A DNA stretch of 64,000 nt. It comes from Cyanobacteriota bacterium (GTDB taxonomy: Bacteria; Cyanobacteriota; Cyanobacteriia; Cyanobacteriales; Nostocaceae). A program made the position numbers and the translations under genes. Positions within the stretch are counted from its first letter, which is position 1. Every line of letters begins with the position of its first letter. The notes beneath the pieces were generated by a model, which worked only from the letters and a program-made list of their open reading frames with translations, had not been told where the DNA came from and did no database searches. The stretch spans positions 96,001-160,000 of the forward strand of contig JBJOKS010000004.1 in the NCBI GenBank assembly GCA_046045965.1, written 5' to 3'. Shown here piece after piece: positions 54,223 to 64,000 of this stretch.

Positions 54223-55194
54223 TCAGCGTGGTTTGTTATTTAATTCTTTATTTAACTTTTGTATTTGTGTTAACAATTTTTTGGCATTGTTTACCCATTG
54301 AGTATTACTTTGTTGTTGATACAAATTTATGGCATATTCAAATACTTTTATAGCTTCTGGATATTGTTTTAATTGTACAAATACTAATCCTGCTCCATAA
54401 TAAGCATCTGCGTAATTTGAATTTGCCTCTGCGGATTTTCTAAAGGCGGCTAATGCTTCGTTAAATTTGCCCTGATTAAATAAAATCGAACCCAAATTAT
54501 AATGAGCCTCTGCATATCTAGGATTTATATTAATTGCTTTATTAAATGCTGCCTTTGCTGGTTCTATTTTCCCTTGTTGTAGATAGGAAATTCCTAAATG
54601 ATAAGCTGGTTCTGGTGAATTTGGACTATATATTATCGCTTGTTGAAAAGAGGCGATCGCACTATTCCAATCTTTTTGTATTTCTCTGACCAATCCTAAG
54701 TTATAATGAGCAAAACCCAGCTTTGGATCTAATTGTAAAGCTCTTTGTAAATAATCAGTTGCTAACTGTAAATTATTTCCTTCTAACAAAGCACCACCTA
54801 AATTTGCAAAAGCTGGTGCAAACTGCGGATCAGCTTGTGTTGCTTGATAAAATGCGTCTGCTGATGGTTGCAATTGTCCTGCTTGTCGCAGTGCTAGACC
54901 TAAATTATAATAGGCTGCTGCTAAGGTCGGATCTAATTGCGTCGCTTGACGAAAAGCGGTAATTGCATCTTGTAACTTTCCGTCCTGAATAGATTGTAAA
55001 CCCTGATTTAACCAGTCTAAAGCTATTTGGCGTGGATTTTGAACCAGTAGGGGAAGATGGGGTGATGGGGTGGATGAGGTGATGGGATGATGGGGAGAAA
55101 GGGAAAATACTGGTTTAATATTTTGAATATTTATATTTAATACCAGTAAAGCAACAATGCCAATAAAAGGATATTTTTTGAATGAGATAATCAT
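54223..55194 (-). CDS. Secreted tetratricopeptide-repeat protein
   Basis: Signal-like N-terminus and repeated A(Y/H)YNLG TPR units. Confidence 0.92.
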   Translation of the reverse strand: MIISFKKYPFIGIVALLVLNINIQNIKPVFSLSPHHPITSSTPSPHLPLLVQNPRQIALDWLNQGLQSIQDGKLQDAITAFRQATQLDPTLAAAYYNLGLALRQAGQLQPSADAFYQATQADPQFAPAFANLGGALLEGNNLQLATDYLQRALQLDPKLGFAHYNLGLVREIQKDWNSAIASFQQAIIYSPNSPEPAYHLGISYLQQGKIEPAKAAFNKAININPRYAEAHYNLGSILFNQGKFNEALAAFRKSAEANSNYADAYYGAGLVFVQLKQYPEAIKVFEYAINLYQQQSNTQWVNNAKKLLTQIQKLNKELNNKPR

Positions 55195-55521
55195 AAATTC
55201 GCCTGGTAATTCTGTCACTAAATATTAGTATGAATCAATTATTTTACAAAAATTTTAGATTTGGTATATAAGTTAGTATTGCTTAATATTACTTAAACTA
55301 AATCTTACGATAAACTACAATTTTTTTAAACTGGGATTAAAGGATGGATAATAAAAAAGTAAGAAGTCAGGAGTCAGGAGTCAGGAGTCAGAATGTTTGA
55401 TTAATTAAGTTAAAATCAACAAATAAAGATTTTTGGCGCAACTGTTAAAAAGCTGAATGCTTAATGAATTACTCCTGAAAAAACAGAATGCGGTTGAGGG
55501 AATCACCGTAAAGGAGGGTTT

Positions 55522-57558
55522 ATGAACGAAAAAGTAAAATCCGGTTCGCGGAATGTGGCAATTGTTGGACCCTATTTAAGTGGAAAAACTACTTTATTAG
55601 AAAGTTTGTTATTGGTCACCGGAGCGATTTCTCGCAAAGGTAACATTAAAGATGGTAACACAGTCGGAGATAGTGCCAACGAAGCACGCGATCGCCGCAT
55701 GAGTGTGGAAGTATCCGCAGCGAGTACGGAATATGAAAATACACGCTTCACATTTATAGATTGTCCCGGTTCAGTAGAATTTGCCCAAGAAACATACAAT
55801 GCTTTAATGGGAATTGATGCAGCAATTGTTGTTTGCGAACCCATAAAAGATCGAGTTTTAACTTTAGCACCATTATTTAAATTCCTCGATGATTGGAAAA
55901 TTCCCCACATCGTTTTTGTGAATAAAATGGATCGGGCAAATATTCATGTTTTAGAAACATTAAAAGCCCTCAAATCCGTTTCCAGTCGTCCTTTAGTGCT
56001 GCATCAATACCCCATTATGCAAGGGGAACAACTGACAGGATTTATTGATATGGTAAGTGAACAAGCTTATCAATATCATGCTGGCGGACCTGCTGATCCG
56101 ATCCCATTTCCAGAAGCATTAAAAGCCGAAGAACATCAAGCCAGAGCAGAAATGTTAGAAGCTTTGGCAAATTTTGATGATCATTTGTTGGAAGAATTAT
56201 TAGAAGATATCGAACCACCTCAAGAAGAAATTCTCAAAGATTTAAAACTAGAATTAGGTGCTGATTTAGTAGTACCAGTTTTCTTTGGAATTGCTGAACA
56301 AGATTATGGTGTGAGACCTTTATTAGAAGCAATATTAAGGGAAGCACCAGCACCAGAAACAACAATGGAACGGCGTTTAGAGAAAATCAGCGATACTCCT
56401 TTAGCGCAAGTTCTCAAAACCTTCTATACTCCCCAAGGTGGTAAACTTTCATTAGTGCGAGTATGGCAAGGAACATTAACAGATGGTATTGTTTTAAATG
56501 GCGTTCGTGCTGGTGGTCTTTATCGTTTGATGGGACAACAACAACAGCAAATTAATGAAGCTGTAGCCGGAGAAATTGTTGCTATTTCTAGGTTAGAAGG
56601 AATTAAAACTGGAGATACAATTTCTACAAATTCCCAAACCAAGCAATTACCAAAAGCGGAACAATTAGAACCAGTTTTTGCTTTAGCCATTACACCAGAA
56701 AAACGCAATGATGAAGTAAAACTCAGCAGTGCTATTACTAAGTTATTAGAAGAAGATCCTTCTTTAGCTTGGGAACAACATGGTGATACTCATGAAGTAA
56801 TTTTGTGGGGACAAGGGGAAATACATTTGCAAGTTGCGTTAGATAGACTCAGACGCAAATATAACTTACCCATGTCTACCCATCTTCCCCAAATTCCCTA
56901 TAAAGAAACCATTCGCAAACCTGTAAACTCAGTTCATGGACGTTATAAACATCAAAGCGGTGGTCATGGACAATTTGGGGATGTGTTCTTAGATATCCAA
57001 CCTTTACCAAGAGGAGAAGGTTTCAATTTCAATGAAAAAATAGTTGGTGGTGTTGTTCCTAGACAATATATTCCTGGGGTAGAAATGGGTGTGAAAGAAT
57101 TTCTTGCACATGGTCCTTTAGGTTTCCCGATGGTTGATGTTGCAGTAACATTAACTAATGGTTCTTATCACACCGTTGATAGTTCCGAACAAGCTTTTAA
57201 ACAAGCTGCACGTCTCGCAATGCAAACGGGAGTACCCCAAGCGCAACCTACTTTGTTAGAACCAATTTTAAAGATAGATGTGAATACTCCCAGCGAGTTT
57301 ACTTCTAAAGTTTTACAACTTTTAAGTGGTAGACGGGGGCAAATTTTAGGTTACGAAGGTAGACAAGATTGGTCAGGATGGGATAAAGTTTGTGCATACT
57401 TACCTCAAGCAGAAATGCACGATTTTATCGTAGAATTGCGATCGCTTACTCTTGGTGTTGGTTCTTTCCATTGGGAACAAGATCACCTCCAAGAAGTACC
57501 AGAAAAGCTGGCTGAACGCATTCTAGTTACTAATGGTAATGGTGGTAACGGTAAATAG
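55522..57558 (+). CDS. Elongation factor G-like paralogue
   Basis: Five-domain EF-G layout; GQGEIHL, KHQSGGHGQFG and SYHTVDSS; divergent G motifs. Confidence 0.93.
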   Translation: MNEKVKSGSRNVAIVGPYLSGKTTLLESLLLVTGAISRKGNIKDGNTVGDSANEARDRRMSVEVSAASTEYENTRFTFIDCPGSVEFAQETYNALMGIDAAIVVCEPIKDRVLTLAPLFKFLDDWKIPHIVFVNKMDRANIHVLETLKALKSVSSRPLVLHQYPIMQGEQLTGFIDMVSEQAYQYHAGGPADPIPFPEALKAEEHQARAEMLEALANFDDHLLEELLEDIEPPQEEILKDLKLELGADLVVPVFFGIAEQDYGVRPLLEAILREAPAPETTMERRLEKISDTPLAQVLKTFYTPQGGKLSLVRVWQGTLTDGIVLNGVRAGGLYRLMGQQQQQINEAVAGEIVAISRLEGIKTGDTISTNSQTKQLPKAEQLEPVFALAITPEKRNDEVKLSSAITKLLEEDPSLAWEQHGDTHEVILWGQGEIHLQVALDRLRRKYNLPMSTHLPQIPYKETIRKPVNSVHGRYKHQSGGHGQFGDVFLDIQPLPRGEGFNFNEKIVGGVVPRQYIPGVEMGVKEFLAHGPLGFPMVDVAVTLTNGSYHTVDSSEQAFKQAARLAMQTGVPQAQPTLLEPILKIDVNTPSEFTSKVLQLLSGRRGQILGYEGRQDWSGWDKVCAYLPQAEMHDFIVELRSLTLGVGSFHWEQDHLQEVPEKLAERILVTNGNGGNGK

Positions 57559-57672
57559 TTTAATCATCTCGTTCCCAGTCTCTGACTGGGAATGCTATCA
57601 GGAAGGTTCTACCTTCCTTTTTTTGTCTCACGCAGAGGCGCAGAGGCGCAGAGAGAGACAGAAACATCAAGT

Positions 57673-58134
57673 TTATTCTGGTAAATAATCTTGATTTAAA
57701 ATTTCATCTGTAGTAAAAGGACAGTCTACAGGAAAAGTATCAAGTGATAACCCTGTTTCTAGGGAAGCTTGTTTTCTAGCATCTTGATAACATTCGCTAA
57801 AGACCTCGGATAAATATTTTTTTAAACTGGGACTTTCGGTTAATTCTTCTTTCAATCTGCGTCTATGTTCAAAAATGGTAGATAACCAACTATTACTGCG
57901 TTTTTCAGGTTGATATTTATATTTGAGAAGGTGCATTAATAAAATTAATAAGTTACTTTTTAATGCTCTTTTTTCACTTCTTCCCATGCTTTCGATTTCT
58001 TCAATCAAATTAGTTAAGTCAATTTCTATAAAGTTACCGTCTTTTAATTGTTTAGCTGTTGTTTCTATCCACAAATAAAAATCTTCATCATAAAGATTTG
58101 AACTAGCAAGGTTTGTAGGTTGAGTTGCTTTCAT
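57673..58134 (-). CDS. DUF29-family protein
   Basis: LYDEDFYLW, LIEEIESMGRSEK, HLLKY and SPSLK. Confidence 0.93.
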   Translation of the reverse strand: MKATQPTNLASSNLYDEDFYLWIETTAKQLKDGNFIEIDLTNLIEEIESMGRSEKRALKSNLLILLMHLLKYKYQPEKRSNSWLSTIFEHRRRLKEELTESPSLKKYLSEVFSECYQDARKQASLETGLSLDTFPVDCPFTTDEILNQDYLPE

Positions 58135-58421
58135 CTGCTGGAAACCTCCTCAAAGAAATTTTGAGATTTTGGGGTAGTTTTTTGCTTGCATTGATGAAAT
58201 TATATATTACATGAAAATAATATTCCATGAAATCATGCTATTTGGTTTAACCCATTCACCATTACCTGAAAATATTAAAGAAAATCTTAAATAGGTATTA
58301 AGGTATCCAAATAGGATTGACAACAATAGTATAAAATAACGATTCATGACCAAACCTTAAACTCAATATTATACTTGTATGTTAAGTATATACAACATCT
58401 TAACAACACAGGAAAATCATT

Positions 58422-59318
58422 ATGGGCTTTATATTCTCGCTTCTCACAAGTCTCATAGCTAGTCTCATCTATCTCCAAAGCAGCAAAATCACCAGCACCA
58501 AGACTCAACTAGCAGTCCGTGGAATTACCATATTAATTGGTAGTATTGCCTTACTAGCTTCAATTTCTAGATTATTAGTAATTGTTCCACCGGGAAATGT
58601 GGGTGTAATCAACCTATTTGGTAAAGTTGCTGATAATACCCTAGATTCCGGTGTTCATGTAGTTAACCCCTTTGCTAAAGTGTTGAATTTTTCCACTCGT
58701 CTTAAAGATATTAAGGAAAACATAGACACAACATCTCAAGAAGGTTTAATTTTAAATCTTGATGTCAGTTTGCAATATAAACTCGACCCCCAAAAAGCAG
58801 CGATAGTTTATAAAACCATTGGAACTGATGAAAAAGAATTGATTATTTCTAGATTTCGTTCTACAGTCCGCGCTATTACAGCCAACTATCCAGCTAGTGC
58901 AATTTACTCTACAAAACGCCAGGAAATAGTTCAAAAAATTGACCAACAACTCACCCAGGACATACCAAACTTAGGTTTTATTGTTGACCAAGCACTTTTG
59001 AGAAATGTGAAAATGCCGGATACTCTGCAAACAGCTATTCAACAAAAACTCAAAGCTGAACAAGAAAATGAACAAATGAAATTTGTGTTAGAAAAAGAGC
59101 GTCAAGAAGCTGAAAGGAAGAAAATTGAAGCTAAAGGTATAGCTGATTCTCAAAAAATTATCTCTGGTGGACTCACTAACCAAATTCTACAATTACGTGC
59201 CATTGAAGCAACAGAAAAACTGGCTCAATCTCATAATTCTAAAGTTGTAGTTATCGGTGCTGAAAAAGGGGGAACACCTATTTTAATTCAGGCAGAAACA
59301 GGAACATCAAAACCTTAA
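58422..59318 (+). CDS. Prohibitin/SPFH (band 7) protein
   Basis: IVPPGNVGV, LLRNVKMP and AERKKIEAKG. Confidence 0.92.
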   Translation: MGFIFSLLTSLIASLIYLQSSKITSTKTQLAVRGITILIGSIALLASISRLLVIVPPGNVGVINLFGKVADNTLDSGVHVVNPFAKVLNFSTRLKDIKENIDTTSQEGLILNLDVSLQYKLDPQKAAIVYKTIGTDEKELIISRFRSTVRAITANYPASAIYSTKRQEIVQKIDQQLTQDIPNLGFIVDQALLRNVKMPDTLQTAIQQKLKAEQENEQMKFVLEKERQEAERKKIEAKGIADSQKIISGGLTNQILQLRAIEATEKLAQSHNSKVVVIGAEKGGTPILIQAETGTSKP

Positions 59319-59375
59319 AGAATTAAAAATTAACAATTAAAGATTAACAATTAAAAATTAAAAACTTTTTGGTTG

Positions 59376-59570
59376 TTATTCATCATCACTACCAAAAGTC
59401 ACACAAGGACTGTCAATTTCCACCGCTGGAGTGAATGAACTACAGAAAGTTACAGTTGCACAATTGACCCCCAACTCATCAGGATGAGTGCATTCTAATT
59501 TCATAAAAAAAGCACATTCTTCACAAATACTATTACATGACTTTGGTTGCGTGTCGCTGGAGTCTAACAT
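59376..59570 (-). CDS. Small Cys-rich hypothetical protein
   Basis: 64 aa, 7 Cys including CxxxCxxC; ATG start, no competing ORF. Confidence 0.55.
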   Translation of the reverse strand: MLDSSDTQPKSCNSICEECAFFMKLECTHPDELGVNCATVTFCSSFTPAVEIDSPCVTFGSDDE

Positions 59571-59879
59571 AATTCAAAACTCTGGAGAGAATATAAAACC
59601 CACTACACTGGGTGTGCTGTAGTGGGAATAGCAGTAACAAACAATGTCATTTTGATCATCTGTTATTTATGTAACTAATTTAATTCTTTCATGCAAAAAT
59701 TGCATCAATATCTTGCATTAATAGCAAGTTAACCACAAAACAAAATTTGGCAATGAATGCTTATCACAAACTTGGTATATTGTCAAGCGTAAATCAGAAA
59801 AATGCGAAGTAGTCCCCAACGAGAAATTTCAGGACATGAATTCAGAATAGGATTAATCAGGGCTGGAAAATGCCAACCC

Positions 59880-59935
59880 ATGTAATTTTAGATTTTGGAT
59901 TTTAGATTTTAGATTTTGGATTTTGGATTTTGGAT
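59880..59935. repeat. GATTTTR heptamer tandem array
   Basis: Read directly. Confidence 0.85.
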
Positions 59936-61219
59936 TTAATTTTTATTCGTTGTTGTAGTATTTTTAGCAGCTTGTTGACCTAGAACCTCAATAGCTTTAG
60001 CAAATTGCGGATCTTCTAAAGTAGCCAGTTTATCTCGTTCCTTGAGCCACAAATCTTGTCTTTGAGCATCGGTTAAATCAACTTTTACATCTGGATCAAT
60101 ACCATGCTTGTTAATATCTTTACCACTAGGTGTATGATATTTAGCAATAGTCACCGCTAGTCCTGAACCATCTTCCAACGGACGCACAGATTGTACCAAA
60201 CCCTTACCAAAAGTTTGCGTACCAATTATCGTCGCACGTTTATTGTCCTGCAAAGCGCCAGAGAGAATTTCACTAGCACTAGCTGAACCCTTATCTACCA
60301 ATACCACCAAAGGTTTATTCGTCAAAGCACGTCCCCTAGCTATTTCCCGTTCTTGCTCTCCTTGACGGTTAATAGTAGAGACAATAGTTCCTCTATCTAA
60401 CCACATCCGGGCAATGTCTACACTGGAAAATAATAAACCACCAGGATTACCCCGCAAATCCAAAACGTAAGCAGTTACGTTTTTAGCCTCTAATTTATTA
60501 ATAGCATCTCTCATTTCTTTACCAGCATTAGCACTGAATTGGTTCAGGCGAATGTAACCAATATTACCTGCTGGAGTTTGTTTTTCAGAGAACTTAACCG
60601 GATGAATTTCAATCCGCGCTCGTGTGATGTCAAATAATTTTTTCTGACCATTACGCAGAATTTTCAGCTTGACTTTGGTTCCTGCTTCACCCCGAATTAA
60701 AGAAACAGCTTGGTTAGTGTCCATGCCTTTGGTGCTTTTACCATCAATTTCCAGGATGACATCTTTAGCCAGAATTCCCATTTTAAAGGCAGGTGTATCC
60801 TCAATCGGGGAAATCACAACCAATTGCTTAGTTTTTTCATCCTGACTAATGGTGATACCAATACCTGTGAGTTCTCCAGAGGTATCAACCTGCATATTCT
60901 TGAATTCCTCTGGGTCCATAAACCGGGTATAAGGGTCTTCTAGCTTTTTCAGCATTTCCCGGATGGACTTATAAGCTTCCTGTTGATTACTGTAGGACTT
61001 GCTTAAATATTCTTTACGAACAGCTTGCCAATCTACTTGATTAAAAGTTCCATCTACATATTGACGGTGAACAATTTGCCAAACTTCATCTATCAACTCT
61101 TTGGGACTTGCTTTAAATAAAGCCTGACCACGGGAGTGAATACCAAGACTAGTAACAGCAATTGTAGAAAGCGTCACTGCTGTAGCACCTAAAACAAGTC
61201 TACTTTTTGTAATCACCAT
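59936..61219 (-). CDS. C-terminal processing peptidase (S41A, CtpB/CtpC type)
   Basis: PDZ domain, DLRGNPGG, SASASE and FGKG. Confidence 0.95.
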   Translation of the reverse strand: MVITKSRLVLGATAVTLSTIAVTSLGIHSRGQALFKASPKELIDEVWQIVHRQYVDGTFNQVDWQAVRKEYLSKSYSNQQEAYKSIREMLKKLEDPYTRFMDPEEFKNMQVDTSGELTGIGITISQDEKTKQLVVISPIEDTPAFKMGILAKDVILEIDGKSTKGMDTNQAVSLIRGEAGTKVKLKILRNGQKKLFDITRARIEIHPVKFSEKQTPAGNIGYIRLNQFSANAGKEMRDAINKLEAKNVTAYVLDLRGNPGGLLFSSVDIARMWLDRGTIVSTINRQGEQEREIARGRALTNKPLVVLVDKGSASASEILSGALQDNKRATIIGTQTFGKGLVQSVRPLEDGSGLAVTIAKYHTPSGKDINKHGIDPDVKVDLTDAQRQDLWLKERDKLATLEDPQFAKAIEVLGQQAAKNTTTTNKN

Positions 61220-61279
61220 AATGACCAGCTGCGTCAGAGGGAAAATTTTATAGTCAGTATGCCCAATCTAACACAGGGA

Positions 61280-61380
61280 TTGAGAATTGGGGATTGGGAA
61301 TTGGGAATTGGGAATTGGTAATTGGTAATTGGTAATTGGGACAACTCTTACCCAGTCCCCAGTCCCCAGTAAAGAGTCCC
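61280..61380. repeat. STRR heptamer arrays (GGGAATT, TGGTAAT, CCCAGTC)
   Basis: Read directly. Confidence 0.85.
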
Positions 61381-61382
61381 TT

Positions 61383-62609
61383 TTAAGGATCTACCCAACG
61401 TCCATCAGCTTTAATCAAATTGATTAACTCTTCTACACCTTGATTTTCTGGGACTTTTTTAATTTCTTCCCTGCCACGATATAAAGAAATGTAACCGGGT
61501 GTTTTGCCAACATAACCATAGTCAGCATCTGCCATTTCTCCTGGTCCATTGACAATGCAACCCATAACGGCAATATCTAAACCTGTCAGGTGTTTGGTTG
61601 CTTCTCTGACAGTGTGCAGCACTTCTTCTAAATTAAATAAAGTTCTGCCGCAAGAAGGACAAGCGACATACTCAACCATTGTTTTCCGCAAACCTAAAGC
61701 TTGCAGAATGCTGTAACAAACGGGAATTTCTTTTTCTGGTGCTTCTGTTAAAGAGACGCGAATTGTATCACCGATACCATCAGCTAATAAGGTGGCAATT
61801 CCGGCTGTAGATTTAATTCTGCCATATTCCCCATCACCAGCTTCGGTTACACCTAGATGTAAAGGATAGTCCATACCCAAATCATCCATGCGTTTGGCCA
61901 TCAACCGATATGCAGCTACCATCACAGGAACTCGTGAGGCTTTCATGGAAATGACGATGTTGCGAAAATCCAAAGATTCACAAATGCGGATGAATTCTAA
62001 GGCAGATTCTACCATCCCTTCTGGGGTGTCACCGTAGGTAAATAGCATTCTTTCTGCTAAGGACCCATGATTTACGCCAATACGCATTGCTTTACCTTGG
62101 TCACGTAGGGAAATTACCAAAGGTGCTAAGGTTTCGCGGATTTTTTCGCCAATTTCGTCAAATTCAGCTTTTGTATATTCGGTGCGGGTGGTGTTTGGTT
62201 TTTCAAATACATACAAACCTGGATTAATTCGCACTTTTTCAATGTGTTTGGCGACTTCCAGGGCAATTTTCATACCGTTGTGATGGACATCGGCGACAAT
62301 GGGAACATCACGGTATGTTTTGATTAATTTTTGTTTAATTTCCGCTAAGGCTTTGGCGTGTCCTAGACTGGGAACTGTAACGCGGACTATTTCGCAGCCT
62401 ATTTCATGGAGACGACGAATACCCGCTACAGAACCATCAATGTCTAGGGTATCTTCGTTAATCATTGATTGTACTACCACAGGGTATCCTCCCCCAATGG
62501 TGACATCTCCCACCTTGACAGGACGGGTTTTGCGGCGTTTGATGGTGGTGTCAAAGACTGGTTGACTAGATGCTGTGTTGCTGGTTTCAAGGGTTGATAG
62601 GGTTTGCAT
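61383..62609 (-). CDS. ispG: (E)-4-hydroxy-3-methylbut-2-enyl diphosphate synthase
   Basis: [19 protein letters not shown] and [10 protein letters not shown]. Confidence 0.98.
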   Translation of the reverse strand: MQTLSTLETSNTASSQPVFDTTIKRRKTRPVKVGDVTIGGGYPVVVQSMINEDTLDIDGSVAGIRRLHEIGCEIVRVTVPSLGHAKALAEIKQKLIKTYRDVPIVADVHHNGMKIALEVAKHIEKVRINPGLYVFEKPNTTRTEYTKAEFDEIGEKIRETLAPLVISLRDQGKAMRIGVNHGSLAERMLFTYGDTPEGMVESALEFIRICESLDFRNIVISMKASRVPVMVAAYRLMAKRMDDLGMDYPLHLGVTEAGDGEYGRIKSTAGIATLLADGIGDTIRVSLTEAPEKEIPVCYSILQALGLRKTMVEYVACPSCGRTLFNLEEVLHTVREATKHLTGLDIAVMGCIVNGPGEMADADYGYVGKTPGYISLYRGREEIKKVPENQGVEELINLIKADGRWVDP

Positions 62610-62813
62610 AGCCTCAACAGGTAGATTTTCTGTAGCTAAAATATCAGATTGCAAGGGGTTCTGTTTCTCAGATTGCCACAGTTGGGGCTATTTTGGGGGA
62701 TGAAATGGCGAAAAGTTAGAATTGTGATCTCAAAACCTTCTTCAGCTAATTGGGTGGCAAAACGACACCACAGTGTTAAAATTAGATTTGATGGATGATA
62801 CAAAGAACAAGCC

Positions 62814-63104
62814 ATGCCTTCCACTTCTTCTGTTAATGATGCAAGGGTGACAGCAAGGATTTCCTCTCAGGTTAAGGAAACTTTGGAACAAGCAGCAGCA
62901 ATATCTGGAGCGACTTTAAACCAGTTTTTGGTTCAATCAGCACTCAAAGAAGCTCACAAAATTCTAGAAGCAGAACGGGTAATTCATTTATCCCAACAAG
63001 ATTCTAATAGAGTTTTTAGCCTCATTGAAAATCCTCCTGAACCTAATTCGGCTTTAAAAGCTGCTGCTGTTAAACATCAAGAATTTTTCCGTGAAAATCA
63101 TTGA
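62814..63104 (+). CDS. DUF1778 (TacA/AtaR-like) antitoxin
   Basis: RVTARIS...LEQAAAISGATLNQF...IENPPEPN. Confidence 0.9.
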   Translation: MPSTSSVNDARVTARISSQVKETLEQAAAISGATLNQFLVQSALKEAHKILEAERVIHLSQQDSNRVFSLIENPPEPNSALKAAAVKHQEFFRENH

Positions 63105-63407
63105 ACTTCTGCATAAATCCCATAATCGTGAAAGTTTTAATTGTGGTAATGAAATACTAAATCAATTTCTGGCTCGAACAGCACGTCTACAGAAAATTGC
63201 CAAGGTCAAGGAATAGGTGAAATTTTGATGATTGAAGCAATGAAACGAGCTTTGGTAATTTCTGAAAATGCGGGAGTAATTGGTCTATTTGTTGATGCTA
63301 AAGATGAAAAAGCCCAAACTTATTATCAACGTTATGGCTTTGTTAGTCTTGTAGATATTCCTTTGGAAATGTTTTTACCTCTAGAAACCATTAAACAGCT
63401 ATTTTGA
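63091..63407 (+). pseudogene. GNAT-family toxin (TacT/AtaT-like) with an internal deletion and frameshift
   Basis: HNRESFNCGNEILNQFLARTAR joins out of frame to CQGQGIGEIL...LFVDAKD...YYQRYGF; the central part is missing. Confidence 0.88.
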
Positions 63408-63490
63408 GGACTGAATCTAATTTATCATTTCTGCTCACTCTTTATGAAAAATCAGCAGATATTAATTAATCATTTTGGGAGGTTTGGAAA

Positions 63491-63967
63491 ATGTCAACAG
63501 CAATTTCTACCTTTACTCAGCATTTAGATCTTTCTCAATCAGAAATAGAAACAATACTTTCCACACCGTTAGATGAGGTGCTTAATTCACCAGCATTAAA
63601 ACAAGAATTAGCTAGTTTAGATATTCAATTATTACGTGAAACTTTACCCACAGCAGGACAAGTTTTAGCAGAGAATTTACCGCCTTTTTATCATTGGTTA
63701 AAAAACGAGTTAGGCGTTAAACGTGTTCCTGATAGTCCAGATCATACGACAAAATGGGTAGTTGGTTTTCTCCATAATCAAGAAAGTTTAAATCACTTAG
63801 TTGAGTTACATCGTCCAGTTCCACCAGCAGCTTTAGAAGAAGCTGTTCCTCGTTTGGTGGGTTTATTTGATGGTGTGCAAGATATCAAAGTTCGTCAGGA
63901 ATGGGAAAAGGCTGTTGCTGCACTTTGTTTAGTTTTAGTTGTTGATAAACGTCAGCATAATTCATAA
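63491..63967 (+). CDS. Hypothetical protein
   Basis: GGAGG RBS and a 158-aa ORF; no family recognised. Confidence 0.8.
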   Translation: MSTAISTFTQHLDLSQSEIETILSTPLDEVLNSPALKQELASLDIQLLRETLPTAGQVLAENLPPFYHWLKNELGVKRVPDSPDHTTKWVVGFLHNQESLNHLVELHRPVPPAALEEAVPRLVGLFDGVQDIKVRQEWEKAVAALCLVLVVDKRQHNS

Positions 63968-64000
63968 TTGCTGTCAAATTTAAAGATTCAAAATTCACAG

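Noticed and set aside
63225..63407. 60-aa ORF as an independent gene
   Set aside because: It is the 3' remnant of the broken GNAT toxin.

Overview
Chromosomal window from a heterocyst-forming (Nostocales-like) cyanobacterium, judged from cphBA, psbEFLJ, ndhCKJ, frequent HIP1 (GCGATCGC) sites and STRR heptamer arrays. The backbone is housekeeping: ispF, trmD, cphB-cphA, tatA, cbiT, cdsA, malQ, htpG, clpB, gloA, metH, ribBA, argC, eno, tRNA-Thr(CGT), rubA-ycf48-psbEFLJ, ndhCKJ, an EF-G paralogue, an S41 protease and ispG. Accessory DNA is interspersed. (i) An AT-rich island (~6.4-13.5 kb) carries higBA, a four-gene operon (dynamin-like GTPase, membrane-anchored protein, hydrophobic-segment/coiled-coil protein, small 2-TM protein) and a DUF433/Rpn-like relic; this operon is the best candidate for an undescribed system, possibly anti-phage or membrane-remodelling. 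(ii) A ScaI-like restriction-modification system has decayed: the endonuclease has a nonsense codon, the methyltransferase is split by a 136-bp MITE with a 10-bp target duplication, and the controller gene is intact. (iii) An internally deleted IS1634-family element has a second copy of that MITE at its end. (iv) A GNAT toxin gene is broken next to its intact antitoxin. (v) Several families of very small repeats are dispersed through the window. The long cphB leader contains an NtcA box and two overlapping small ORFs, one of them Arg-rich. All calls were made by eye from the sequence and ORF track; no database searches were run.
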